55,615 nucleotides of DNA from contig JARIHL010000068.1 of the NCBI GenBank assembly GCA_029288315.1, positions 1 through 55,615 of the forward strand. Reading direction: 5' to 3'. The stretch is from Candidatus Saccharimonadota bacterium. GTDB lineage: Bacteria; Patescibacteriota; Saccharimonadia; Saccharimonadales; EFPC-124. Shown here piece after piece: positions 1 through 8,241 of this stretch. A program made the translations under genes and the position numbers. The notes under the pieces are model-generated. The model made no database searches, was not told where the DNA came from, and saw only the letters and a program-made list of their open reading frames with translations. Position 1 is the stretch's first letter. Each line of letters opens with the position of its first letter.

Positions 1-349
1 GAAAAATCCACTGTCTAAAGTAATATTTAGACAACCTTCTGTGAGAAAGAAGCGCCCGAGCCGGATTTCTGTCCGGTGAAAGCACTAAGGAAATTCACTT
101 TACCTAAGTACTCAGATCGAACAAAAATCTGTGACTGATCGTAAGAGAGAACTCCCAACCGTACAGAAGACAATATCAGCTTTTCACACTTATTGCAAGA
201 CTTTTTAGAGACTCTTAAAATATCTATCAAACTTAAACTCGTTTCGTTGCGGCATTTTTACATTTGATCAAAGTGCTTTTTTATTAATTAGGTTGACGCC
301 ATTTCTAGGTGTTTCCAATATAAGCCGTTATTTTGTCATTATTGAATTT

Positions 350-820
350 TTAGTAATCAAAGGTGTGTATATACCGTCTGCCAAGTATAACTGGTACAGC
401 AATAAACGCGATTGCAAACCACACAGTATTTGCCTGATATATATCTGGGATAAACTGCAAAGCCAGAAAAAACAATGAAGCACTTGTTGTGGCAATCAGG
501 CTACCACCTAAACCGTTCATATAAAAGCTCTGTTGCGACTTCTTATCTTTCCCAATTTTACCCATTAAAGCAAGTAGTCCAATGCTTGCAAAAACCATTC
601 CAACCGTCGTAACTACTTGAAAAATCGAAATACTCGTAGGATGACGATAGACGCCAATGGCTAAACCACCGAGGCCCATCAGGAGCACGAGTATAAAAAA
701 GCTAATCACTGACAGTTTCTGCCAATTTTTCATATCTAATCTTGGATTACAAGTGGCAATGGCTGTTAATAACAACAGAATAAAACCTTTATAAATATGT
801 ATAGTAATAAATATTTCCAT
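350..820 (-). CDS. small integral membrane protein, function unknown
   Basis: 156-aa ORF made almost entirely of hydrophobic helices (4-5 predicted TM segments). It lies directly downstream of a MerR regulator on the same strand. Confidence 0.5.
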   Translation of the reverse strand: MEIFITIHIYKGFILLLLTAIATCNPRLDMKNWQKLSVISFFILVLLMGLGGLAIGVYRHPTSISIFQVVTTVGMVFASIGLLALMGKIGKDKKSQQSFYMNGLGGSLIATTSASLFFLALQFIPDIYQANTVWFAIAFIAVPVILGRRYIHTFDY

Positions 821-851
821 ATTCTAGTTTTTGTAGGTCACTGTTTCACGC

Positions 852-1199
852 CTACATTTTCTCAATCTTTGCTGCAATATATTGTTTCGTGGCTTGCAGT
901 TGTTCAATGCGTTCCTGAATGCGTTGTAATTGTTTATTAAAAACTGCTTTTTTCTCAGCAGATGTAAGCTCTCCACTTTCCCATAACTGAAGGCCGACTG
1001 TTAACTCACGCAATGAAAACCCTGCTGCTTGACCTAATTTTATAAACCGCATTCTCCTACTGGCTACCTCGGTAAAATAACGGTAGCCGTTTGTACCACG
1101 AGTTATATGCCGCTCATCAAGGAGGCCAACTTTTTCATAATGGCGGATGGCGGCGCAAGATACATTATACTGACGGGATAATTGTTTAATTGTCATCAC
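852..1199 (-). CDS. MerR family transcriptional regulator
   Basis: N-terminal HTH TIKQLSRQYNVSCAAIRHYEKVGLL, followed by a coiled-coil dimerisation helix (LQRIQERIEQLQATKQYI). This is the typical MerR layout. Confidence 0.85.
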   Translation of the reverse strand: MMTIKQLSRQYNVSCAAIRHYEKVGLLDERHITRGTNGYRYFTEVASRRMRFIKLGQAAGFSLRELTVGLQLWESGELTSAEKKAVFNKQLQRIQERIEQLQATKQYIAAKIEKM

Positions 1200-1268
1200 A
1201 TTAAAACCTGCATCGCGTTTTATCTTTCTGCTTTACGATACCTCACTAAACACTTCGACTACGCACCG

Positions 1269-1688
1269 TCAAAAAGTAGTAGGCTTAGCCATGACTAACT
1301 TCGAAATGATGGCACTCAAAGCAAGTATCGTAGCCGCCGCAAAAGGGATGGCGTGGCTTGCATCTGAAGGAGTAAGGAGCAAAAGTTCAATAATAGTGAT
1401 TGCTCCAACCGCCGCGCTTAAAGAAAGGAGTACAGATGCAATTTTCCAGTGTGATCTCTGGGGCCGCATGAGATAACTTGCCCCGAGGGTAATGGCCGAG
1501 ACGAGTGCGAAAAGCGTTGTACCAGTTAATTGGCTGGCAAGCAAACGATTGTTCCAATAAGCTTGATCCGCATGGAAGTAGTCACTCAAACCACTTATTC
1601 CCACCGTAGTATAGCCAATAGCAGATATCAGCCAGATCACCCCTGCGACGAGTGCAAGCACAATTGGTACATAGATAGATAGTTTCAT
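1269..1688 (-). CDS. integral membrane protein (about 4 TM), function unknown
   Basis: 139-aa hydrophobic ORF with an ATG start. No recognisable catalytic motif. Confidence 0.5.
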   Translation of the reverse strand: MKLSIYVPIVLALVAGVIWLISAIGYTTVGISGLSDYFHADQAYWNNRLLASQLTGTTLFALVSAITLGASYLMRPQRSHWKIASVLLSLSAAVGAITIIELLLLTPSDASHAIPFAAATILALSAIISKLVMAKPTTF

Positions 1689-1736
1689 ACTTTGTTACCT
1701 TAGTTTAGATAAGCTCTATTTTAACACAATAAAAAA

Positions 1737-1784
1737 CCGTGATGAACGGTGACGCCTGTTTCAGGCTGTCACCGTTCATCACGG
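1737..1784 (-). terminator. rho-independent terminator of the SLOG operon
   Basis: Perfect 17-bp stem ccgtgatgaacggtgac / gtcaccgttcatcacgg. On the minus strand it is followed by a T-run (aaaaaa at 1731-1736 on plus). It starts 15 nt after the stop at 1799. Confidence 0.7.
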
Positions 1785-1798
1785 GAACATCATGAAGC

Positions 1799-2722
1799 TC
1801 AGAGTATCTCGCCGAAGCCGTGATCCTGCAGCCAGCGCTGGGCTTGACGAGGATCGGTGCTGTCAACGACAGTCACCTGATCCACGTTGCCCATGGCCGT
1901 CGGATCCGCCTGAATCTGCTCCAGAACCTCATGATTAGCGTCCACCAGATCGAACCGGCCATCGAGAACCCTGATGAAGTTGTCGACAATGCGGCCAGAT
2001 CCCCGAGGCAAGAGCATCGGGAAGCCCCGCTGGAGCGAGAGCCAGATCTCTTTGGCGGTTACTCCACCACCGCTGTAGAAGAACTGCGCCGCCTCACCTT
2101 CTCCGCTGAGCCGGATGATATCCATTAGGTCATGATAAGCGATCAGGTCGCCGTCCCATCCACTCGTATCGCTGGCATTTTGCTGTACCAGCCACAAGAA
2201 ATGAATATCAGGGTTGGCGATGGTATTTGTATCAGCTTCTTCCGCCAAAGAGAAACTGCTGCGATCGCCCTCATATCCCAGAGTCTTGGCAGTTCTGGGC
2301 GCATGTCCGGCGGTTCGCACGCATGGATCAAGACGATGAATTAACCCCGGCACCTCGACAATAGTCATGGTGCCCGTAGGGCTGCCGTCGGACAGTCCTG
2401 CTTCGAGTACCCTGGTACCGCCACTCATTGCGCCAAAGGGGTATGTTTGGAACGGATAGTCCGGGTTGCCGCCAAAGACACTCTGGAAGTACCAGAATTG
2501 ATCTTTTCGAGCAGCTTCCTCTTTGACAGTGGTGGCGCCTGCGAAGTTGAGGATACCTTTCATACCGCCGCAGCGAGTGAGAACCGATCGGGGTACACCT
2601 TCGCTCGGAAAATTACTGACCATTAGCGCCACCCTGTGGTGACCGTGATAACTCGCAACAGTGACACGCTGTCCTTGGCCAGGCACGAAGAAGTCCTTGT
2701 AGCCAATCGAGAGCTGCGCCAT
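1799..2722 (-). CDS. SLOG (LSDAT/TRPM-N-terminal-like) domain protein, paralog B with a degenerate first glycine loop
   Basis: High-GC ORF. I chose the internal ATG at 2722 (MAQLSIGYKD) because AAGGAG lies 9 nt upstream and the upstream gene stops at 2727. Motifs FFYSGGGVTAKEIW and MLLPRGSGRIVDNF match the GGxxT..E and (E/x)GSGR(I/A)AD signatures of TRPM MHR1/2 / SLOG domains. Confidence 0.6.
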   Translation of the reverse strand: MAQLSIGYKDFFVPGQGQRVTVASYHGHHRVALMVSNFPSEGVPRSVLTRCGGMKGILNFAGATTVKEEAARKDQFWYFQSVFGGNPDYPFQTYPFGAMSGGTRVLEAGLSDGSPTGTMTIVEVPGLIHRLDPCVRTAGHAPRTAKTLGYEGDRSSFSLAEEADTNTIANPDIHFLWLVQQNASDTSGWDGDLIAYHDLMDIIRLSGEGEAAQFFYSGGGVTAKEIWLSLQRGFPMLLPRGSGRIVDNFIRVLDGRFDLVDANHEVLEQIQADPTAMGNVDQVTVVDSTDPRQAQRWLQDHGFGEIL

Positions 2723-2726
2723 GTCG

Positions 2727-3590
2727 TCACACTCCTTGTAGTTGTGGGGCGAACCCCATTTGACGGACCACGGTTGTGAGTTCCGCCTTCGTGCAGGACA
2801 CCACGTGCGGATGAGATGCACGCCACGCCAGGTTGTTAGCAAACTCGGTTGCCGCCCTACCACTATCTTCAACCAGCACTATCCACCAGGGATTCACTGG
2901 ATCATGTGGCAAATCAGCGACATGCAATATCTCTTTACGAGTGTACTCGCCACCGTTATATACCAAATGAAGCGACCGATGGTCACCTTCTCGGCGTAGC
3001 AAGTCCATATAGTCCAGGCAGACGAGTGCTTCATCAAACCAGGTCAGGTTCGGCCGGTCGGTGTTGAACTGCGCCAATACGCAGACCGGCGCCCTTTCGT
3101 CAAGGATAGTGTAGTGTGGCTCATCCGGCCGATTCTCGATGATTATCGAACCGCCATACAGGCGAGGCCCGTTGATGGTTGGTGCCACTCCCACAGTTTT
3201 GCCTAGAGCTCCCAAACGAGCAAGCTCGCAGAGGACATCCATCACACCTGGCTTGCGATGCGAAATAGTAGCAGCGCCTGCATGGAGCGGGCAATACGTT
3301 CTATTTCGATCGCACTCAGCGCAAATGCCGGGCTCTGGCCGACTAATAACCATAGTAGCCCCAGCTAAAACTGATGCCAGGCAATCTACACCGCCAAGCG
3401 CCTCGGCCAGTAGTTGGGCCACTCCGGCGCCTTCGTCAGCTGACATGTGCCCAGCACCACCGGTTACTCGCACGACTGCCTTGAGAAGAGAAGAGGCCAA
3501 ACGGACCAAATCTACTCGTGTCACGGCATCAGCGCGAGAGATAGCGATACTGCACATTCTCAACCAAGCGCCTAATTGAAGGTTGGGCAT
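2727..3590 (-). CDS. SLOG (LSDAT/TRPM-N-terminal-like) domain protein, paralog A
   Basis: High-GC 287-aa ORF with all three signature loops: VVRVTGGAGHM (compare TRPM ISVTGGAKNF), LVYNGGEYTRKEI, and IVLVEDSGRAATEFA (compare VVVEGSGRIADVI). Confidence 0.6.
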   Translation of the reverse strand: MPNLQLGAWLRMCSIAISRADAVTRVDLVRLASSLLKAVVRVTGGAGHMSADEGAGVAQLLAEALGGVDCLASVLAGATMVISRPEPGICAECDRNRTYCPLHAGAATISHRKPGVMDVLCELARLGALGKTVGVAPTINGPRLYGGSIIIENRPDEPHYTILDERAPVCVLAQFNTDRPNLTWFDEALVCLDYMDLLRREGDHRSLHLVYNGGEYTRKEILHVADLPHDPVNPWWIVLVEDSGRAATEFANNLAWRASHPHVVSCTKAELTTVVRQMGFAPQLQGV

Positions 3591-3768
3591 AACACCCCCC
3601 TCTCGTAGCTTGTGAATAGTCGCGAGGGACGCGACACGACAATGATCACCCCAGATGAGTGAACAAAGTTAACAAAACTATACAACTATCTATGGATATT
3701 GTCTAGAGCAGCTTCTATAAAAGGTTACCGTTCATATAAGCTTCACCTTCCTAGGAGGAACGAGCAAT

Positions 3769-3787
3769 TAGCATAATCATTATGCTA
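3769..3787. promoter_or_regulatory. perfect 19-nt palindrome, candidate operator
   Basis: TAGCATAAT-C-ATTATGCTA lies 66 nt upstream of the ATG at 3853. It shares the TAGCATA core with motifs at 28866, 29361 and 50865. Confidence 0.3.
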
Positions 3788-3852
3788 GCCATAAAGGATT
3801 TGCTGCGTTATCATTAAAATTAAGAATGTAATAATGTAATTATTTAGCAAGC

Positions 3853-4476
3853 ATGGCACGACTACCAGAATTAGGAGGAGACGAGGGTACGTGGGGAATT
3901 GTTCTCAACGATTACCTTCAAGTCTCTCTCAATGCCGACGGCACCTTGAAGGCGAGCGCCACACCAGTACAATCAGTTGCCAGTAAAACCGGTGCTATTT
4001 CTTTGGTCAAGAGCGACGTTGGCCTGGGTAATGTTGATAATACTGCTGACACCAACAAACCTATCTCCACCGCCACTCAAACTGCCCTCAATGGTAAAGC
4101 GGACGTTAACACCACCGATGCGCTGGATACCCGAATTGATGCTTTAGAAACTGCAGGCATCGTCAGCTTAACTGATGGGGCTACCATTGCGACGAATGCG
4201 GCTACCGGAAAACACTTTCGCGTTACTGTGGCAGGCAATAGAACCTTAAGCACTCCTACCAATGCCACCGATGGCATGCGACGCATCTGGGAAATAACGG
4301 CCTCAGGCGCAGATAGAACTATCACCTTCACTACTGGCGTTGCTGGAAGTTTTGAGTTAACAACAAATATTACTTCGCCAATTACCATTACCAGCGGCAA
4401 GACGCACTTTATCGGTGCAATATATAACGCCTCAGGCGATCGATGGACTATATTGGCATCAAGAGCGACTTCATAA
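3853..4476 (+). CDS. phage tail-fibre/minor-tail-like protein (short paralog)
   Basis: The N-terminus MARLPELGGDEGTWGIVLNDYLQVSLNADGTLKAS is nearly identical in pattern to that of the 19185 gene. This LPxxGxDEGTWGxxLNDxL motif is one I associate with actinophage minor tail/fibre proteins. The rest is Thr/Ala/Gly-rich and beta-type. Confidence 0.5.
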   Translation: MARLPELGGDEGTWGIVLNDYLQVSLNADGTLKASATPVQSVASKTGAISLVKSDVGLGNVDNTADTNKPISTATQTALNGKADVNTTDALDTRIDALETAGIVSLTDGATIATNAATGKHFRVTVAGNRTLSTPTNATDGMRRIWEITASGADRTITFTTGVAGSFELTTNITSPITITSGKTHFIGAIYNASGDRWTILASRATS

Positions 4477-5031
4477 ATGGCGAGTTATAGCGACGATTTT
4501 AATCGATCAGATTCGACAAATATAGGCAACTGGGTAGAATGGAACGATGACTGGTCTATCACCAGCAATCAGCTGGCACCGGGCACGGCTTCAATCGCAT
4601 TTGTAATCTACGCGTCACCACTTGCTACATCCGATCATTACACACAAGCGGTACTGGCTAATGCCACTACCTCTTCGATGGGTGTCTTCGCTCGATCTAC
4701 ATCGGACGGCAGTTCATATTACTTATGGCGTAGCAATGGATCTGTCTGGAACTTATTCCGTCAAGTCGGCGGTTCGTTCATCGATTTAGGATCCTACAAT
4801 GCTTCGCTGGCCAATGGCGATGTGGCTCGGATTGAATGCGTTGGCTCTACCATCAAAGGTTATGTGAATGGCATTGAACGTCTATCCGTTACTGATACGG
4901 TTATAACTTCTGGATTATACGCTGGTATTCGCAGCACTCCAAGCTCAACCGCACGATACGACAATTTTTTAACAAGCGATATCAGCCCGATCGTTGACAG
5001 TGACATAGGTGCATTTTTTGACTTTATGTAG
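4477..5031 (+). CDS. LamG/concanavalin-A-like lectin-fold protein
   Basis: The start ATG directly abuts the upstream TAA (taaATG). The sequence pattern YYLWRSNGSVWNLFRQVGGSF...GDVARIECVGSTIKGYVNGIE is typical of the ConA-like/LamG jelly roll. Confidence 0.5.
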   Translation: MASYSDDFNRSDSTNIGNWVEWNDDWSITSNQLAPGTASIAFVIYASPLATSDHYTQAVLANATTSSMGVFARSTSDGSSYYLWRSNGSVWNLFRQVGGSFIDLGSYNASLANGDVARIECVGSTIKGYVNGIERLSVTDTVITSGLYAGIRSTPSSTARYDNFLTSDISPIVDSDIGAFFDFM

Positions 5032-5037
5032 GCTGTT

Positions 5038-5544
5038 ATGAAATCGCAAGGATTAGGTGATAACCAAGCTCGCACATTTACACCTCTCTTAGTGATGTTT
5101 GGTATCGTGCTTTGTTGGGCAACAGCGTTGACTTATCCCTGGTCAAGCCATCATGCTGGGCACGACTGGATGCGGCATGTGATGGGCGGATTTTTCCTGC
5201 TTTTTGGGGGGCTGAAGGTTGTCAATTTGCGTTCTTTTGCATTTTTATTTCGTGAATACGACATTATTGCAAAGCGAGTTGCAGTCTATGGCTCTATCTA
5301 TCCATTTCTTGAAATTGCACTTGGTATCGCTTACACCTTTAGTTTCTTTTTATTGGCTACAAATGTCATAACTGTAGTAATCATGAGTATTGGCGCTATT
5401 GGAATCATCCAAAAACTGCTAGCTAGACCGAAGTTCACCTGCGCATGCCTGGGCGGGCTTTTTACTATACCCCTCACCTGGCTCACTGCCGCCGAAAATA
5501 TAGTTATGGCGGCCATGGCTATCTATATGATTTTCTTCTCCTAA
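5038..5544 (+). CDS. MauE/DoxX-family membrane protein
   Basis: 168 aa with 4-5 TM segments. It has the CACLGG motif (compare the CGCFG of the MauE family) in the last helices. Confidence 0.55.
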   Translation: MKSQGLGDNQARTFTPLLVMFGIVLCWATALTYPWSSHHAGHDWMRHVMGGFFLLFGGLKVVNLRSFAFLFREYDIIAKRVAVYGSIYPFLEIALGIAYTFSFFLLATNVITVVIMSIGAIGIIQKLLARPKFTCACLGGLFTIPLTWLTAAENIVMAAMAIYMIFFS

Positions 5545-5613
5545 AACATTTTAAGGAGTCAGCTCAAATTGTAGTGAGGGCTGCTGAGGATAACCCCTGC
5601 AGCCCTCACGTCT

Positions 5614-6606
5614 TCACGCACCTATACCCATCAGCAAATGTGCAACTGCTTTGCCGATAGGTTGCCCAGTGGCTTGTTCTACAAAAAACCAGACGCCGAG
5701 GGTATTAATTTCAAAGAACCAATGAACACCTGAACAATCTACCCTCATATCGATCGCTCCATATTGTATCCCCAGATGCTGAAGCAGATCAGCACAACGC
5801 CGTTCAATCTCTGCAGGCAATGTGTAGGGCTCAATAGAAATGTTACCGCTTACCGTCCGCCCTACTGCCCGCCAGTCGCATACGGGGCCGGAATATCCTT
5901 GATCATTCGTGAGTTTGACAGCAAATACTTTTGCGCCTACGACAATAATGCGCAGATCTTCTCCTTCGATGTATTGCTGAAAGATTGCCGGTGCCCGAGG
6001 AAGTCCACTAAGACGCGGCAAAGATTCTGGTGTTATTTTGCCAGACCAAAATACCAAATAATGATCTTCTTGAGGCGTTATCGGAGCCCAGTCAGAACAG
6101 GTTTTAACCATGCAACAGCCTGTTCGATTTTGTTCAGCTGCAATGAATGTTGCTGCTCTGGCTGGATCTGACGTCTGAAGCGTGCGTGGCACAGAAAAAC
6201 CAAGTGAAGCGGCAACTTGCAGTTGCCAAGGCTTGCAGTCAACGCGCATCATGTCATAGGGATCTGATACCCAAAGAGCATTACTAAACCAGGCACCCAT
6301 CGCCTTGGCGTGCCGTTCGACAGCAGCCTTCGAGTAATCCCGCAGAAAACTCGGGATTTGTTCAAATGGCAGTTTATCTCCAATAAGCGCTATGGGTTGG
6401 CGCCACCATATTGCCGAAACATCAGTGAGTTGTTGCCCTCCAACATAGATAGAACTTTTTTTGTCTTCTTGGCAATACGATATTTCTTCTCCTTGTGGAA
6501 TAGCAGCGAGATCAACAATTATGAGTTCGCAATCCATGTGCGGAGAAACAAGAGAGTAATGAGCATCCCTTGGGTCTATCACAGCCAATATCTGCCCATT
6601 CGGCAC
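5614..6606 (-). CDS. ATP-grasp peptide ligase of the microviridin MvdC/MvdD (graspetide macrocyclase) type
   Basis: Block-wise similarity to MvdD as I remember it: VSAIWWRQP (VSAVWYRR), KPWQLQVAASLGFSVPRTLQTSDP (KQLQLQVARQLGLLIPGTLTSNNP), DWRAVGR (DWRKEGR), and YGAIDMRVDCSGVHWFFEINTLGVWFFVE (YGAIDMIVTPDERYIFLEINPVGEFFWLE). Confidence 0.8.
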   Translation of the reverse strand: MPNGQILAVIDPRDAHYSLVSPHMDCELIIVDLAAIPQGEEISYCQEDKKSSIYVGGQQLTDVSAIWWRQPIALIGDKLPFEQIPSFLRDYSKAAVERHAKAMGAWFSNALWVSDPYDMMRVDCKPWQLQVAASLGFSVPRTLQTSDPARAATFIAAEQNRTGCCMVKTCSDWAPITPQEDHYLVFWSGKITPESLPRLSGLPRAPAIFQQYIEGEDLRIIVVGAKVFAVKLTNDQGYSGPVCDWRAVGRTVSGNISIEPYTLPAEIERRCADLLQHLGIQYGAIDMRVDCSGVHWFFEINTLGVWFFVEQATGQPIGKAVAHLLMGIGA

Positions 6607-6645
6607 CGGGGTTCTCCTTCTTGATGGGAACGATTATGAAGGTGC

Positions 6646-6679
6646 GAGACTGGAGTGCCAATTTTGGCACTCCAGTCTC
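6646..6679 (-). terminator. intercistronic hairpin between the candidate precursor and the ATP-grasp gene (attenuator or processing site)
   Basis: Perfect 14-bp stem gagactggagtgcc / ggcactccagtctc with a 6-nt loop. It lies 22 nt after the stop at 6702 and 39 nt before the ATP-grasp start. No clear T-run follows it. Confidence 0.5.
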
Positions 6680-6701
6680 TCAGGCGTACAGCGAGACAGC
6701 C

Positions 6702-6872
6702 CTAAAGATTCTCTCCAGTCGGCCCACCGCCGGTCTCATCAACCGTTGAAGCCGAAATCCATCCCGCAGGAGGCGAGAACCTCCTCGGTTGCGGGAACAT
6801 AAGCTCCGGATATCCGAATACCTCGAGAGAGTTGCCCGTGAAGAGCGTTTCAGTGATTGTCGGCGTGTCCAT
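6702..6872 (-). CDS. candidate graspetide (omega-ester/amide RiPP) precursor peptide
   Basis: 56-aa ORF MDTPTITETLFTGNSLEVFGYPELMFPQPRRFSPPAGWISASTVDETGGGPTGENL with AAGGA 5 nt upstream of its ATG. In-frame alternative starts exist at 6878 and 6932. It sits immediately upstream of, and on the same strand as, the ATP-grasp ligase. The C-terminus is rich in Thr/Ser and Asp/Glu. Confidence 0.4.
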   Translation of the reverse strand: MDTPTITETLFTGNSLEVFGYPELMFPQPRRFSPPAGWISASTVDETGGGPTGENL

Positions 6873-7048
6873 ACCCATCCTTTGTCGTCGGGCAAGTACG
6901 TCACTTTTGTTTATAGCAAGCCTTACAGGCATAGTCAATAAAATGGTAATGTATCAAGCGTAACCAAACTGACTGATTATGATTCAATCTAAGTTAGCCC
7001 AGATTATGCAAGTACAACGATTGATGCGAATGATAAGTTGGGCGTTAA

Positions 7049-8074
7049 TTAAATATGCCCGCCTGCAAGTGCCAAAATAATACCTAACGCGGCGCACACC
7101 TGCCCAACAATCCAAAATCTCATGGTTACTTTAGTCTTTGGCCAACCAATAGCCTCAAGATGGTGATGAAACGGTGCTGAGATAAATATTTTACGGTGAA
7201 AGATTTTTTTAGAAAGTATTTGTGTCAGGCTTGAGCCAGCCTCGGCAACAAACACGAGGCCAATAATCGGTAGCAGGAATAATGTATCAGTCAACATGGC
7301 TACCACTCCCAATGCTGTTCCCAGCGCAAATGAGCCCGCATCTCCCATAAAGAAGCGCGCCGGGGGGATATTAAACCACACATATGCCAGGAGTGATCCG
7401 ACAACTGTCATACAGAATGCAGCAATGCCAAAATTACCCTGTAGTGCGGCAATAATCCCAAATGTTCCATACGCACTCATCAAGAGCCCGCCCGCTAAGC
7501 CATCTAATCCATCACTGATATTAACAGCATTACCAGTACTGACGACTACTAAAATAAAAAGTGGGATGAGCAGCCAGCCAAGTGCTATATCTCCTACAAA
7601 CGGAATGTGTGCCGCTGTGTAGCCTAGCTTGTAATAGAAAAACCATGCACCGATTGCCGCAACAGCCGTGATCATGGCAAATTTTATTGGAGACCGCAAG
7701 CCCGCTACACCGCCGCCCTTACCTCTGACATTAATAATATCGTCGATCAGCCCAACAATCCCGCCCCCCAACAATGCAGCCAAAGGCAGCCATGTCTGCT
7801 GGCGATCAAGATTAAATAACACCGTTACAGCGGTAACGGCAACTAGAATAATCACCCCAGCCATAGTCGGTATGTTTGGCCTACGAGTGCGCAACCGGGC
7901 AATAACTTCGAGCACTTCGCCCGTTGCCGAAGTAGTACGCGACAACTTCCAAAATTTATAGCGATACGCAAAGAATGTATAGATCGGCGTCAACAACATG
8001 GCCACACAAAAGGTGAGAAAACTCAGCGATAAAACCATTATTGCTTCTTGAGTGAGCTGTTCGAGTGTGAGCAT
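7049..8074 (-). CDS. mraY: phospho-N-acetylmuramoyl-pentapeptide transferase
   Basis: Polytopic membrane protein with NAVNISDGLDGLAGG, FMGDAGSFALG and a C-terminal PFHHHLE, which are the canonical MraY motifs. Confidence 0.9.
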   Translation of the reverse strand: MLTLEQLTQEAIMVLSLSFLTFCVAMLLTPIYTFFAYRYKFWKLSRTTSATGEVLEVIARLRTRRPNIPTMAGVIILVAVTAVTVLFNLDRQQTWLPLAALLGGGIVGLIDDIINVRGKGGGVAGLRSPIKFAMITAVAAIGAWFFYYKLGYTAAHIPFVGDIALGWLLIPLFILVVVSTGNAVNISDGLDGLAGGLLMSAYGTFGIIAALQGNFGIAAFCMTVVGSLLAYVWFNIPPARFFMGDAGSFALGTALGVVAMLTDTLFLLPIIGLVFVAEAGSSLTQILSKKIFHRKIFISAPFHHHLEAIGWPKTKVTMRFWIVGQVCAALGIILALAGGHI

Positions 8075-8241
8075 GTAATTCCTTTTGCGTGTTTAGTTTA
8101 CTTTACCATAGAGCTCTCAATGAGAAGCAGGAAACTTTCTCATTAGCTTCGAAAGCTCTCCATCAAGTCGACGAACAAAGCGTTCCTTGGGGCAGGGAAG
8201 TAAATTGCTATTTCATATAAAAATATACTACGATAAGGCCT

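Noticed and set aside
1-290. The leading 290 nt (a 67-aa minus-strand ORF, a ccggatttctgtccgg hairpin) as a possible ncRNA or gene.
   Set aside because: I could find no match to conserved cores of tmRNA, RNase P, SRP or 6S RNA by eye. The ORF has no recognisable motif and lies at the contig edge.
2742-3579. Plus-strand ORFs overlapping the SLOG genes (2742-2999, 2849-3067, 3139-3579). Similar ORFs lie opposite the other high-GC genes (11317-11517, 11531-12046, 17549-17865, 31584-32216, 32156-32882, 32846-33849).
   Set aside because: These are typical long antisense or off-frame ORFs of high-GC DNA, rich in Arg/Pro/Gly/Ser with no SD. The sense frames carry recognisable motifs or sensible composition.
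1743-3735. ACCGTTCAT / ATGAACGGT 9-mers on both sides of the SLOG island as possible island boundaries.
   Set aside because: A 9-mer match between two windows of about 200 nt is within chance expectation, and one copy is simply part of the terminator stem.
6680-6904. Alternative 74-aa frame upstream of the ATP-grasp gene as the RiPP precursor (it begins MTYLPDDKGWVW, vaguely microviridin-core-like).
   Set aside because: The core-like residues are at the N-terminus instead of the C-terminus. The rest is Arg/Ser-rich junk-like sequence that reads through the hairpin. The other frame has an SD and a C-terminal Thr/Asp/Glu cluster.
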